Assembly (NCBI GenBank): GCA_964608025.1
Contig: CAZSLO010000022.1
Span: 31,256 to 95,255 of the forward strand
DNA length: 64,000 nt
Reading direction: 5' to 3'
Origin: an uncultured Dehalococcoidia bacterium
Lineage (GTDB): Bacteria; Chloroflexota; Dehalococcoidia; Lucifugimonadales; CAJWER01
A program made the position numbers and the translations under genes. The notes beneath the pieces were generated by a model that worked only from the letters and a program-made list of their open reading frames with translations, was not told where the DNA came from and ran no database searches. Numbering within the stretch: position 1 is the first letter of the stretch; each line of letters begins with the position of its first letter. Below are positions 27,787 through 37,786 of the stretch, piece after piece.

Positions 27787-28563
27787 TTAAATCCCCATTA
27801 TGCTATAGCCAGTGTCGACATGAATAATCTGGCCGGTAACGCCACTAGACAAGTCACTGGACAGGTATAGTGCTGTCTTTGCTACCTCGTCTACAGTGAT
27901 GTTGCGTCCCATCGGTGATCGCTCCGCATGAATACGCTTCATGTCACGATAGTTGCTGATAACTCGGGAAGATAATGTGTCTAAAGGACCAGCTGAAATT
28001 GCATTCACCCTAACATTTCTCTCTCCCAAATCAGATGCTAGTTGTTTTACTTCGTTTTCAAGCGCTGCCTTAGCCGTTCCCATAACATTGTACCCAGGAA
28101 AAACACGCTCAGAGGCCTGAAATGTCATCGCCAAAATATTTCCCCCGTCTGATCCCATCAACGGGATTCCATATCGAGCTATGGGAATGAGTGAGTAAGC
28201 GCTTACATCTAATGCCATCCGGAATCCTTCCCTCCCAGTATCCATAAACGGGCCCCCCAGATCATTCCTGTCCGCATAGGCAATACTGTGGACTATGAGA
28301 TCGAGTCTGTCCATCTCGTTCCCTATCTGTTCATAGGCTTTGTCCACATTCCCATCTTCGCTCACATCGCACTCTACTAAGACAGCATCTCCCCAAGGCT
28401 CCACTAATTTGGAGACTGTATCTCTAACACGTTGATTCTGATATGCGATAGCGAGTCTTGCCCCTGCGTCATGTAGAATCTGTGCTATCGACCAAGCAAT
28501 GCTCCGGTGGTTGGCAACCCCGAAAATAACGCCTGTTTTTCCCTCTAGATCTATCGGGTACAT
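27787..28563 (-). CDS. fabI: Enoyl-[acyl-carrier-protein] reductase (NADH), FabI
   Basis: GKTGVIFGVANHRSIAW N-terminus, catalytic Y...K context (YNVMGTAKAALE), SAGPLDTLS. Confidence 0.9.
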   Translation of the reverse strand: MYPIDLEGKTGVIFGVANHRSIAWSIAQILHDAGARLAIAYQNQRVRDTVSKLVEPWGDAVLVECDVSEDGNVDKAYEQIGNEMDRLDLIVHSIAYADRNDLGGPFMDTGREGFRMALDVSAYSLIPIARYGIPLMGSDGGNILAMTFQASERVFPGYNVMGTAKAALENEVKQLASDLGERNVRVNAISAGPLDTLSSRVISNYRDMKRIHAERSPMGRNITVDEVAKTALYLSSDLSSGVTGQIIHVDTGYSIMGI

Positions 28564-28774
28564 CTATCCCTCCAAAATTTCCATGTAGCTCTATCTGCAG
28601 GTCCCTCGATTCTGAGGTCCCAAAACTCTCATGCTCCCCTCAGCATGATCCCAAACTCTTGAACGCTGGGAGTGTATCAGGACACTTCGGGGTGTCAACT
28701 AGATGTTTGACACTCTTGCAACCCCTTGTTACGCTCGATAAATATAATTTCACCCCCATACTCAAGGCGGAAAC

Positions 28775-29725
28775 ATGCGGGTACTCGTTACTGGTGCCTC
28801 AGGCTTTATAGGGCGAAGGGTAGTCATGTCACTCGCTACCAACGGCCATTCCGTTAGAGCAATGACTAGATCAGAGTGTCCGGCCACATCGTTCAGGGAT
28901 TGCGAAGTAGAAGTGTTCCAGGCAGATGTGTTAGATCCAGAATCCCTATCAAAAGCCTGTAGAGACATTGAGGCGGTTATTCATCTTGTAGCCATAATTC
29001 GTGAACTCGGTGAATTCACCTTCCAGCGCGTGAATCTGGACGGCACGATCAATCTTCTGGATACCGCTAAAGCAGCTGGTGTCCAGCGCTTTGTCATGGC
29101 CAGCGCAATAGGGGCATCGTCAGATCCGTCAATCCCCTATCTTTACAGCCGGTGGCTGGCCGAACAGGAGGTAATCAACAGCCCAATCCCCGGCACCATA
29201 TTGCGCTTCTCTGTGGGATTTGGCCAGGGTGATGAATTCTTCAATACACTGGCCGCGCTAACCAAGCTATCACCTTTAGTCCCAATCGCAGGGGACGGCA
29301 AGGCTCTCTTCCAGCCTATCGCTGCCGATGATGCTGCGAAATGTTTGGCTGCATCTATCAAAAACGAAGAGGTTTTGGGAAAAACCATTGAATTAGGTGG
29401 ACCATCCTATTTCACATATGACCAGATGATCGATACGATCGCTAGAACTCTCGGGTTGAAAATCGCTAAATTGCATATACCTATCCGGCTATTCGCATTT
29501 GTTGCTTCTTTGATGGACATTATCTTGAATAAGCCCCCTGTAACAACAGATCAACTCAAAATGCTAGACATCAACAATACCGCTGATGTCTACTCCGTTG
29601 AATCGAATTTCGGATTTCGGCCAATGGCTCTTGAAGATAATATCGGATACATCAAAGAAATCACCTTGATTGACGCTTTAAAAATCAGTATGGGCAATAT
29701 GCCCTCACAAATCAGAGATCACTGA
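28775..29725 (+). CDS. NAD(P)H-binding atypical SDR (NmrA / NDUFA9-like epimerase-dehydratase family)
   Basis: MRVLVTGASGFIGRRVV Rossmann motif. About 316 aa. Confidence 0.75.
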   Translation: MRVLVTGASGFIGRRVVMSLATNGHSVRAMTRSECPATSFRDCEVEVFQADVLDPESLSKACRDIEAVIHLVAIIRELGEFTFQRVNLDGTINLLDTAKAAGVQRFVMASAIGASSDPSIPYLYSRWLAEQEVINSPIPGTILRFSVGFGQGDEFFNTLAALTKLSPLVPIAGDGKALFQPIAADDAAKCLAASIKNEEVLGKTIELGGPSYFTYDQMIDTIARTLGLKIAKLHIPIRLFAFVASLMDIILNKPPVTTDQLKMLDINNTADVYSVESNFGFRPMALEDNIGYIKEITLIDALKISMGNMPSQIRDH

Positions 29726-29729
29726 CAAA

Positions 29730-31157
29730 ATGTCTCGTCACTCTAATTTCCACGCATATTCTAATCCCTTGAAAAGTTCGTCTCTTTCTTACAAAGATGC
29801 ACTTGAAAGGGCCATGGGTTTAGCCGATTTTGAACGTGGCTCCCACAGCCCAGGCCATGGGTTCTTCCATCTAGACCGCATTATGCAATTGATGGAACGC
29901 GTGGGTGATCCCCATCTGCAAATACCTACAATCCATGTAGCGGGAACCAAGGGTAAGGGAAGCACAGCCGCGATGATCACGTCAATATTGGAGTCGGAAG
30001 GATATAAAACAGGTTTATACACTTCACCTCATCTTCATTCGGTAACAGAGCGCATACGAATGGGGCTTAAGCCCATTACAAAAAACGAGTTCTCCAGCCT
30101 AGTTGATCAACTATGGCCTGAAGTAAATCACATCAATAATCATGGTGAATACGGGAACCTAATGTTTTTCGAATTGATTACAGCAATGGCTTTTCTCCAT
30201 TTCAAACAAGCTAAAGTTGACTTTCAGGTCATTGAAGTAGGGCTGGGTGGACGACTTGACGCAACGAATATCGTGCATCCCGAGGTCAGCGTAATCACCC
30301 CAATAATGCTCGATCACACTTCAGTGCTTGGAGATACAATCCCTCTCATCGCTGGAGAGAAAGCTGGCATTATCAAGCCAAAGATCCCTGTAGTGGTCGC
30401 GCCACAATCCCATGAAGCAATCCCCGTATTCATAAATGCCGCCAAAAAAAACCAGTCCCGACTTATTCAGGTAGATGAAACTACAATAATTCGGCCCAAG
30501 TACGCAGGGACAGATGGGCAATCATTCGAACTTGATACTCTACAAAACACTTATGGCCTATGCACACCGCTGCTGGGAGAATACCAACTCCATAATGCAG
30601 CTACCGCAGTCATCGCCGTCGAAACTTTGGCTAACAATGACCACTCTATCTCTAAACAAAGCATCGTCGATGGGATTGCCAACGTTAAATGGCCAGCCCG
30701 GATGCAATTCTTACGAATGGGTAGTACCCGAGTATTATTGGATGGGGCCCACAATCCGGAATCAATCAAGCATCTTGCTATTGCTGTACGCCAATATTTC
30801 CAGTTCGATAAATTAATCCTCCTCTTTGGAGCGACCCGCGGCCACAGCATGGAAGGGATGTTAAATGAATTATCCAGCTTGTCTCCCCTAGTAGTTGCAG
30901 TCCAGTCCAGACACCCCAAGTCCGAAAGCTACAAGACAGTTAGTGATGCCACGGGAAATGCAGGACTCAAAATGGGATTCTCATCAAATGACATCGGAGT
31001 TGCGACAAGATGGGCACTTGATTTAGCCACTACAAGTGATTTGATACTAGCTACCGGCTCACTATCTGTGCCAGCAGAAGTGATTGAGGAACTTGAGGGC
31101 ATCGAACCAGAGATGTACCCTAGTATCGTACAATCTGTTACACAAACTTCAATTTGA
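29730..31157 (+). CDS. folC: Folylpolyglutamate synthase / dihydrofolate synthase
   Basis: P-loop HVAGTKGKGST, Mur-ligase-type middle domain (EVGLGGRLDATN), DGAHNP. Confidence 0.88.
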   Translation: MSRHSNFHAYSNPLKSSSLSYKDALERAMGLADFERGSHSPGHGFFHLDRIMQLMERVGDPHLQIPTIHVAGTKGKGSTAAMITSILESEGYKTGLYTSPHLHSVTERIRMGLKPITKNEFSSLVDQLWPEVNHINNHGEYGNLMFFELITAMAFLHFKQAKVDFQVIEVGLGGRLDATNIVHPEVSVITPIMLDHTSVLGDTIPLIAGEKAGIIKPKIPVVVAPQSHEAIPVFINAAKKNQSRLIQVDETTIIRPKYAGTDGQSFELDTLQNTYGLCTPLLGEYQLHNAATAVIAVETLANNDHSISKQSIVDGIANVKWPARMQFLRMGSTRVLLDGAHNPESIKHLAIAVRQYFQFDKLILLFGATRGHSMEGMLNELSSLSPLVVAVQSRHPKSESYKTVSDATGNAGLKMGFSSNDIGVATRWALDLATTSDLILATGSLSVPAEVIEELEGIEPEMYPSIVQSVTQTSI

Positions 31158-31170
31158 TGAATATCCCGCT

Positions 31171-32427
31171 ATGAAAAAGAACAACCGTAATCATCGCGCA
31201 GTGGTTACCGGCCTAGGGGCCGTTACGCCTCTAGGTGAGTCGGCCGACAAGTTTTGGGAGTCCCTTGTAACTGGAGAATCCGGGATAGCCAATATAACTC
31301 TCGCAGACACCACACAATTCCCAAGTAAGATCGCCGGTGAAGTAACAAATTTCGACCCGACGACTTATATGGATACTCGAGACGCCCGCCGGATGGCTCG
31401 TTTTTCACAACTCGCCGTGGCAGCCGCAGCTCTTGCAATTGAAGACGCCGGCCTGAAGATAGAATCTGAAGACCAAGACCGATTAGGCGTTGTCATGGGA
31501 AACGGCAATGGGGGATTCCCTGCCACAGAGGACAATGCCCGCTTGCTAATAAAGAAGGGCGGGATGCGTATGAGTCCCCACTTCATTCCAATGATCCTGC
31601 CCAACATGGCCGCCGCGAATGTCAGTCGTGTCTTTGGGCTCAAAGGTTACACTTCCACAATCATCACTGCGTGTGCTGCTGGCACTCAGGGAATCGGTGA
31701 AGCCGCAGAAGTAATCAAGCGTGGCGCCGCCGATGTAGTTCTAGGAGGTGGATGCGAAGCGGGTATTTGCGAGCTTGGTTTAGGAGGATTCAATATCATC
31801 AAGGCTCTTTCGAGATACGAGGGCGACCCTAAGAAAGCAAGCAGTCCCTTCGATGCCAATCGTGATGGCTTCGTGCCTGCGGAAGGATCAGCACTTCTCG
31901 TAATTGAGAGCTTGGAACATGCGCTAGACCGAGGTGCAAATATCATCGCAGAGATACTTGGCCAAGGTGTCTCGTCAGACGCCTTTCATGCTGTACAACC
32001 AGACGAGGATGGAAGTGGTGCCGCAAGAGCTATCCGGGCGGCAATGAGAGACGCTGAAATCACATCCGACGAAGTAGACTACATAAATGCCCATGGCACG
32101 GCTACTCCCTTGAACGATCTCGCCGAAACTCTGGGAATTAAGGCGGCATTTGGAGAACAGGCCTACAAGGTGCCTATAAGTTCTACCAAATCCATGATAG
32201 GCCACGCCCTGGGAGGCGCTGGGGCACTAGAGGCCGTTGCGTCAATCAAGACCATACTCGAAAACCAGATCCATCCCACTATTAACTACGAGACGCCAGA
32301 TCCTGAATGTGATCTTGATTACGTGCCCAACAAATCACGCAAGCAACCGGTCGATACAGTCATGTCAAACAGCTTTGGGTTTGGTGGCCAAAATGCCTGC
32401 CTGATTATCAGGCGCTTTGAAGAATAA
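31171..32427 (+). CDS. fabF: 3-oxoacyl-[ACP] synthase II
   Basis: RAVVTGLGAVTPLG N-terminus, active-site context ITACAAG, NAHGTATPLND, GHALGGAGA, SNSFGFGGQNA. ATG 31171 preferred over the track start 31084, which overlaps folC. Confidence 0.92.
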   Translation: MKKNNRNHRAVVTGLGAVTPLGESADKFWESLVTGESGIANITLADTTQFPSKIAGEVTNFDPTTYMDTRDARRMARFSQLAVAAAALAIEDAGLKIESEDQDRLGVVMGNGNGGFPATEDNARLLIKKGGMRMSPHFIPMILPNMAAANVSRVFGLKGYTSTIITACAAGTQGIGEAAEVIKRGAADVVLGGGCEAGICELGLGGFNIIKALSRYEGDPKKASSPFDANRDGFVPAEGSALLVIESLEHALDRGANIIAEILGQGVSSDAFHAVQPDEDGSGAARAIRAAMRDAEITSDEVDYINAHGTATPLNDLAETLGIKAAFGEQAYKVPISSTKSMIGHALGGAGALEAVASIKTILENQIHPTINYETPDPECDLDYVPNKSRKQPVDTVMSNSFGFGGQNACLIIRRFEE

Positions 32428-32628
32428 TGTCACGCCAGCTTCTCTAGTTAAAACTGTCCTGTCTCTACACCGAAAATTGTGAAACAGAAATTATTTTGGC
32501 GAATATAGAGAGGGCATCTGCAGATTATGTCACTCTAGCTTTAATCTTATCTCATAGGGATACATTTCTTTTTATAGCCATATAAATACTGATGCCCTAG
32601 CCTCCGAGACTAGTGAATTTTTCTCCGG

Positions 32629-33720
32629 TCACACATGAAAAACATATAGGTCTCTATTAGCTACGGGAAGCTGTATCCACGCTCTACCCTGCCTGTAACT
32701 CTCTGCAACAGCCAAAAGGGCCTCTGCAACCCTATGACTTGATTCAATATTTGATTTTGAAGGCTTTTTTGATTCATAAGAGTCTAGAAGATTGTGAAGA
32801 CATTCAGTTACGGGAGTGGTAAGACGAACAGAAGACATATCCACAGACTTCCATTCTGCCAAACTATTCAAGTTTGATCTTAGTTGTATTACTTGTTGGT
32901 TTGGGTCTAATGCATTTATAGCCCTGATTGATCCCTTCGATCCCTTAATCTCAGTCTCTATTGGACCCCCAGGTACCGAACAGGCTTCTACTCCATTTTC
33001 AAAAACAATTTGAAAATCGGCAACTGGATCTTCGTCTATACGATTGTTCATTATTCTTAAATCTGTTGGAAAAAGTTCACCCCTCACTTTTGAGATTTTA
33101 GGATCTCCTAATAGATAGGAAATAGTGTCAATTGAATGTACATGTCCATGCATCAGAGACCCTCTACCATGGTGGACTATTGTCTGTGGGACACCTATTT
33201 CGCCACTATCTATTATTTTGCGCGTCTCATTTGCCCAGTTGCAAAATCGACGCAGTACCCCTGAATTGAAAACGGTGCTATTTTTCTTGCAGGCCTGACG
33301 TAGAACATCTGCTCCGTGAATAGAATTAGCGATGGCTTTTTCTAGGTATAACATTGGTACACCCGATTCTGCGACAGCTGTTCCAATTTCCGAGTGGGCA
33401 TCCTGGATAAAATCAAGAGACGGTGCCCTGTTGTGGGGTTTTGGCAAACTTGTCGCCCTGGTACAAACTGCGATCAAATCCGGCCTTTCTTGCCGAATCA
33501 TTTCCATGTAATTTTCATACAGCACATTAACTCCCCACCTATGCCTGAACGCATCCCTCTGCGAAACAAGTAGGTCCGAGCCGGCCACGAGCTCCATACG
33601 ACTGCTAGCCCGCACAGCTGCAGCAATTGAATATGGGCTTAGTGCCGGATGTTCTTCGTCTATAGTGCTACCCATTCGCCCCAATCCGATAATTGCGACC
33701 CTATATGTTTTCACGTTCAA
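32629..33720 (-). CDS. Gfo/Idh/MocA-family oxidoreductase
   Basis: YRVAIIGLGRMGS Rossmann motif and EKAIA (EKP-like) motif. About 360 aa. Confidence 0.75.
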   Translation of the reverse strand: MNVKTYRVAIIGLGRMGSTIDEEHPALSPYSIAAAVRASSRMELVAGSDLLVSQRDAFRHRWGVNVLYENYMEMIRQERPDLIAVCTRATSLPKPHNRAPSLDFIQDAHSEIGTAVAESGVPMLYLEKAIANSIHGADVLRQACKKNSTVFNSGVLRRFCNWANETRKIIDSGEIGVPQTIVHHGRGSLMHGHVHSIDTISYLLGDPKISKVRGELFPTDLRIMNNRIDEDPVADFQIVFENGVEACSVPGGPIETEIKGSKGSIRAINALDPNQQVIQLRSNLNSLAEWKSVDMSSVRLTTPVTECLHNLLDSYESKKPSKSNIESSHRVAEALLAVAESYRQGRAWIQLPVANRDLYVFHV

Positions 33721-33865
33721 TCCTCCGGCAAATGATTTTCAAATCTTGTCTATAACAAAATCGTAAAGGATGGGTCCGCTCAAATCCACGGGTATTAATT
33801 TCTTTGACATAAATCCATGGTATGGCTATATTGAATTTCTGATTTCGTTTACAGGAGATTTCACG

Positions 33866-35269
33866 ATGGCCAGCACCGACCTATCGTTATTGGCCCACCT
33901 GATGCGCCGAGCAGGTTTCGGGGCCTCCCGAACAGAGCTCAAAGAAAGGTCCCGCAAGGGATACGAAGCCACTGTTGAAGAATTATTGTACCCTGAAGAT
34001 CAGCTCCCTGTTGACATGTACGAGCTTCTACGATACCAACCATGGGCATGGAAACCAGGAACAATCTACGGCATGGGTCACGCGAGCTGGACTTACCGCA
34101 TGTTGAACACGAAAGCTCCTCTTCAGGAAAAGATGACGCTTTTCTGGCATGGTATTTTTGCAACCGGAGTATCAAAGGTTGACCATTGGGATGAAATCAT
34201 TGATTTAGTAGATATGTTACGTGATAAGGGCCTCGGCTCGTTTAAAGAGATGTTGGTTGAGGTCGCGAAGAATCCCGCTATGATCTACTGGCTGGATAAT
34301 AACGAGAACCACGCAAGCCGGGTCAATGAGAATTGGGGTCGAGAGCTTCTAGAGTTGTTCTCTATGGGGGTCAGCAACTACACCGAGACCGACGTACGTG
34401 AATGCTCCCGTGCCTTCACTGGTTGGACAATGGCTCCTAAGCTACCTAGATTCCCAATGGGCCGGTTCGATTGGTTTTTTGAGTATCGTGAAGACGACCA
34501 CGATGAAGGAGAGAAATCTTTTCTGGGACACAAGGATAATCTCAATGGCCTCGAAGTGATCCAAATAATCTGTGACCAACCCGCAACCCTCCGTTTCCTT
34601 GCGAGACATCTCTATAACTATTTCGTTGCCGATGATGCACAGGTACCTGCGTGGTCAGTCACACCACCTAGAGATCCAAAAGCGATTGAAATCTTGGTGG
34701 AAGCAATGGCTGACTCTGACTTAGATATCAGGCAAGTACTCCGTGTATTGTTCAACAGTGATTTCTTTAAGGAGGCGAGATTTAGTAAGCTGAAGAGTCC
34801 AGCTGAAGTTGTTATAGGTACCCTAAGGCTGGTGGACGGACCTGCCTTCCCGGGTCCTGGGTTTGGAAATATATCCCGCCAGGCGGGATATATGGGCCAA
34901 GAATTCTTGAACCCACCCTCGGTAGAGGGATGGCATACTGGCACAGAATGGATCAACAGTGGTTCCTTAATGCGTCGTACTAATTTCTTCGCCGACACGG
35001 TGGGTGATGATAAACGTCCCGGAGTGAATGCTATGATCGAATGGCTTAGACAACAAGGAGATCTATCACCTGAAGATTTTGTAGATGCCTGCCTCGACGT
35101 GATGGGTCCTTTGGAAGTTAACGCCTCAACCCGCAAAGAACTCATCGCACATGCTGATGAAAGTGGTCCTGTACAATGGGAAGGTTCATCCAGCAATCAA
35201 GCTTCAAGGGAACGAATAACAGAAATGTTCCAATTAATCGTTTCCTTACGAGACTACCAGTTTGCCTAG
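33866..35269 (+). CDS. DUF1800 domain protein
   Basis: LLAHLMRRAGFGASRTEL ... LFWHGIFATG ... MIYWLDNNEN motifs are typical of DUF1800. ATG 33866 has AGGAG 8 nt upstream. Confidence 0.75.
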   Translation: MASTDLSLLAHLMRRAGFGASRTELKERSRKGYEATVEELLYPEDQLPVDMYELLRYQPWAWKPGTIYGMGHASWTYRMLNTKAPLQEKMTLFWHGIFATGVSKVDHWDEIIDLVDMLRDKGLGSFKEMLVEVAKNPAMIYWLDNNENHASRVNENWGRELLELFSMGVSNYTETDVRECSRAFTGWTMAPKLPRFPMGRFDWFFEYREDDHDEGEKSFLGHKDNLNGLEVIQIICDQPATLRFLARHLYNYFVADDAQVPAWSVTPPRDPKAIEILVEAMADSDLDIRQVLRVLFNSDFFKEARFSKLKSPAEVVIGTLRLVDGPAFPGPGFGNISRQAGYMGQEFLNPPSVEGWHTGTEWINSGSLMRRTNFFADTVGDDKRPGVNAMIEWLRQQGDLSPEDFVDACLDVMGPLEVNASTRKELIAHADESGPVQWEGSSSNQASRERITEMFQLIVSLRDYQFA

Positions 35270-35290
35270 TAGTCCTTTCTTATTTAAAGG

Positions 35291-36406
35291 TCATGACGAT
35301 CTAATATATGAGATGACTGAGGACCTGAGCCTAGCTATCCAGGCACGGACCATGGAATCTGATTGCGCCCCAATAACAGAACCCGCCATCATGTAATAGA
35401 CCCAACGCCGGCGGACTTTCGATGGTCGTTCAGGGTCAAGCCATCCCTGGTTGCGTGCCAATACACCTAGAGTGCCAAGACCAATCAGCATCGGCCATAA
35501 CGTGGCTAAGCGAAGCCGTAATTTCTGCCTTGGTATTGCCAGGATATAGTCCTCTGCTCCATTGAAATGATCAAGGGCCATCTCGATCCCATCAACTAGT
35601 GCTGGCCAGGCAGTCCTGGAATTGGTTTTGTCGAGCAAATCAGCTGGATTTAGACCCTCGGCTGCAAGCTTATCCACGGGCAGATAGCAGCGTCCTATAA
35701 GCAAATCTTTTGGAAGATCCCGCAATATATTAGTCAATTGCAGTGCCTTCCCAAATCTGACTCCTCGCTCAGTCATTAATTCTCGGTCCCATTCTTTCAG
35801 AGATGGTGTATGCAACATCGTAATGTCAGTCCAGAATTCACCAACACATCCTGCAACCAAATATATATACTTGTCCAGCTCTTCAGTGGTAGAGATCGCT
35901 GTTATTTCGCCTGCGTTTTCAGATGGGAATGTATCCAAGTCGAACTTCATTCCCTGAGTCAATGTCATTACAACACGGCGCACATGGTCAGCATCGGATT
36001 CCGGAAGGGATTGAAGCATTTCCCACATTTCCGGCAGCATTTCTAACAGATTTTGGTCGGACTCAGATACTATAACTTTCTCGAATTTATAACTAAATTC
36101 CCTTAAAACATCTTCTGAAGTCCGGTCCGTGAGTTGCTCCTGAAATAGCGACAAGACCTTACGGCGCTCATGGATTGTGAGTAGTAATTTATCCACAATA
36201 GTATCGGCGGTTCTCGCGAGTAAATAGGCTAGTCCAATCGGCTCTCGGAGATCGGCCGGAAGGACTCTTATAGAAAGGTAAAAAGCGCGTGACACGCTCC
36301 TCAAAATGCCTGCTTGCAAATAAATCCGATCCGCCTGTGAATCTATATGCAATTCAATTCTTCGTTCAGAATCAAACAATCTGGTGGCCTTATTAGCCGG
36401 TCCCAA
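35291..36406 (-). CDS. Squalene/phytoene synthase family protein (head-to-head prenyl-diphosphate condensing enzyme)
   Basis: SRAFYLSIRVLP, Asp-rich motifs ARTADTIVD and NILRDLPKD, YLVAGCVGEF. TTG start overlaps the MFS stop by 14 nt. Confidence 0.75.
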   Translation of the reverse strand: MGPANKATRLFDSERRIELHIDSQADRIYLQAGILRSVSRAFYLSIRVLPADLREPIGLAYLLARTADTIVDKLLLTIHERRKVLSLFQEQLTDRTSEDVLREFSYKFEKVIVSESDQNLLEMLPEMWEMLQSLPESDADHVRRVVMTLTQGMKFDLDTFPSENAGEITAISTTEELDKYIYLVAGCVGEFWTDITMLHTPSLKEWDRELMTERGVRFGKALQLTNILRDLPKDLLIGRCYLPVDKLAAEGLNPADLLDKTNSRTAWPALVDGIEMALDHFNGAEDYILAIPRQKLRLRLATLWPMLIGLGTLGVLARNQGWLDPERPSKVRRRWVYYMMAGSVIGAQSDSMVRAWIARLRSSVISYIRSS

Positions 36407-37631
36407 TTTCCATCTGTTTTGCTGTCCTTGGCAAATTTAATGGCACAAGCATCAAGGTGGCGAGTATAGACACGGCTCCCCCATATAAAAACGCACTATT
36501 GATACCAAAACGATCAACAAAAATACCAGCCAGATAAGGGGAAAATGTACCTAAAAATCCCGCTCCATAAATCAACGCGACTACCGTAGATTGGATATGG
36601 CCTTGAGCAACATCCATCGCAGCTGCGATAAACATGTGGTGTAGTGGAAAACTAAACGCTCCTTTGATTACAACCAATAACATCAGGACAGGGCCTGTGT
36701 CAGCAAAAGCAATCGCCAACGAAAGAAAGGCAACCATGGCTACACCCGGCAAAAGTACTACCTTTCGTCCATAGGAATCAGAAAAGTGTCCAAAAACAGG
36801 TTGAGTCACAAGCCCCGCAACCTGCGATAGGGAAAGATAGACTGCCACCCGGGTTGCGGAAAATGCCAAATCTTCTCTCAAATATACCGGCAGGAATCCT
36901 GTAACTGCTGAATCCCCTGCACTCCGGGTAGCAGCGATTACGACAATGAACATCAAGACAGGCTCTCTTAACAATTCTTTTATCGTAGAAAAATACGCAC
37001 TGCTCGACGCAGATTGGGGATGACTGCTTGAGATCGACCGCATGGCTGCCCATATACATAGTCCTGCTATGACGGCTGGAATCAGGCTCGCTTGCAGCAC
37101 ATCCCTCCATGTCATTAAAACTAGCAATCCAGCAACGATTATTGGTCCCAATATCTCTCCGAAATTTCCGCCCATGCCATGGAGAGAGATCGCGAATCCT
37201 CGGCGATCAGGAAATTGGCGAGAAAGTTCTCCTAAAGCAGGCGGATGATAGAGAGATGGACCCAAGCCCACGAGAAGCATAGCCGCGAACATCACAACAT
37301 AACTAGTCGCCTTCCCCGCGAGAAAGAAAGAAACCCCGGTAATTGACAACGAAATACATAGGATCAGGGCTGATCTATTGCTAAATCGGTCTCCAAGATA
37401 TCCTGCGCCAATAGTCGTACCCCAAGATGTGATTTGGCTAGCCGTGAGCAGTGATCCAAATTGTGAACCGCTAAGCCCTAGTCCAATCTTGATTTCTGGC
37501 ATTATCAACGCCCTCATGCCAGAGTTGAATACATGCTTAATCGCATGTCCCACCACCACCACCACAGCAAGTATGGTGCGGTGCGCCAAGACCTCGGATT
37601 TCAATTCGCCGGAGGACGGTTCACCTGACAC
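36393..37631 (-). CDS. MFS transporter
   Basis: 12 predicted hydrophobic helices. GYLGDRFSNR loop motif between TM2 and TM3. Confidence 0.8.
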   Translation of the reverse strand: MSGEPSSGELKSEVLAHRTILAVVVVVGHAIKHVFNSGMRALIMPEIKIGLGLSGSQFGSLLTASQITSWGTTIGAGYLGDRFSNRSALILCISLSITGVSFFLAGKATSYVVMFAAMLLVGLGPSLYHPPALGELSRQFPDRRGFAISLHGMGGNFGEILGPIIVAGLLVLMTWRDVLQASLIPAVIAGLCIWAAMRSISSSHPQSASSSAYFSTIKELLREPVLMFIVVIAATRSAGDSAVTGFLPVYLREDLAFSATRVAVYLSLSQVAGLVTQPVFGHFSDSYGRKVVLLPGVAMVAFLSLAIAFADTGPVLMLLVVIKGAFSFPLHHMFIAAAMDVAQGHIQSTVVALIYGAGFLGTFSPYLAGIFVDRFGINSAFLYGGAVSILATLMLVPLNLPRTAKQMEIGTG

Positions 37632-37647
37632 TGGAGTGCCTCTATCG
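37622..37647. repeat. Copy 1 of a 26-nt exact repeat (CACCTGACACTGGAGTGCCTCTATCG), spanning the MFS GTG start and 16 nt upstream
   Basis: Character-by-character identical to 50422-50447. Flanking bases differ on both sides. Confidence 0.95.
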
Positions 37648-37786
37648 AAGGGATGTCGATTTATTTTAAATCTCCGTCAGCTACAGATGAGCTACAAGCG
37701 AGGTCGCGTAGTTGTAATTGTACATGGCGAATGATCTCCCATCACATAATCCCCACAAGGGCTTAAGAAATCATTTGCGAAAATTC

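Noticed and set aside
31084-31170. N-terminal extension of fabF overlapping folC
   Set aside because: The conserved FabF N-terminus (RAVVTGLG) follows ATG 31171 closely. The extension overlaps the folC coding end and has no homology-like features.
32629-33720. Apparently lower G+C in this Gfo/Idh/MocA gene (hand counts of 60-nt samples: 30-47%), considered as a sign of horizontal transfer
   Set aside because: Hand-sampled windows elsewhere also reach about 43%. Without a computed GC and codon-usage profile the difference is not demonstrable, and no mobility genes or tRNA-flanked boundaries are present.
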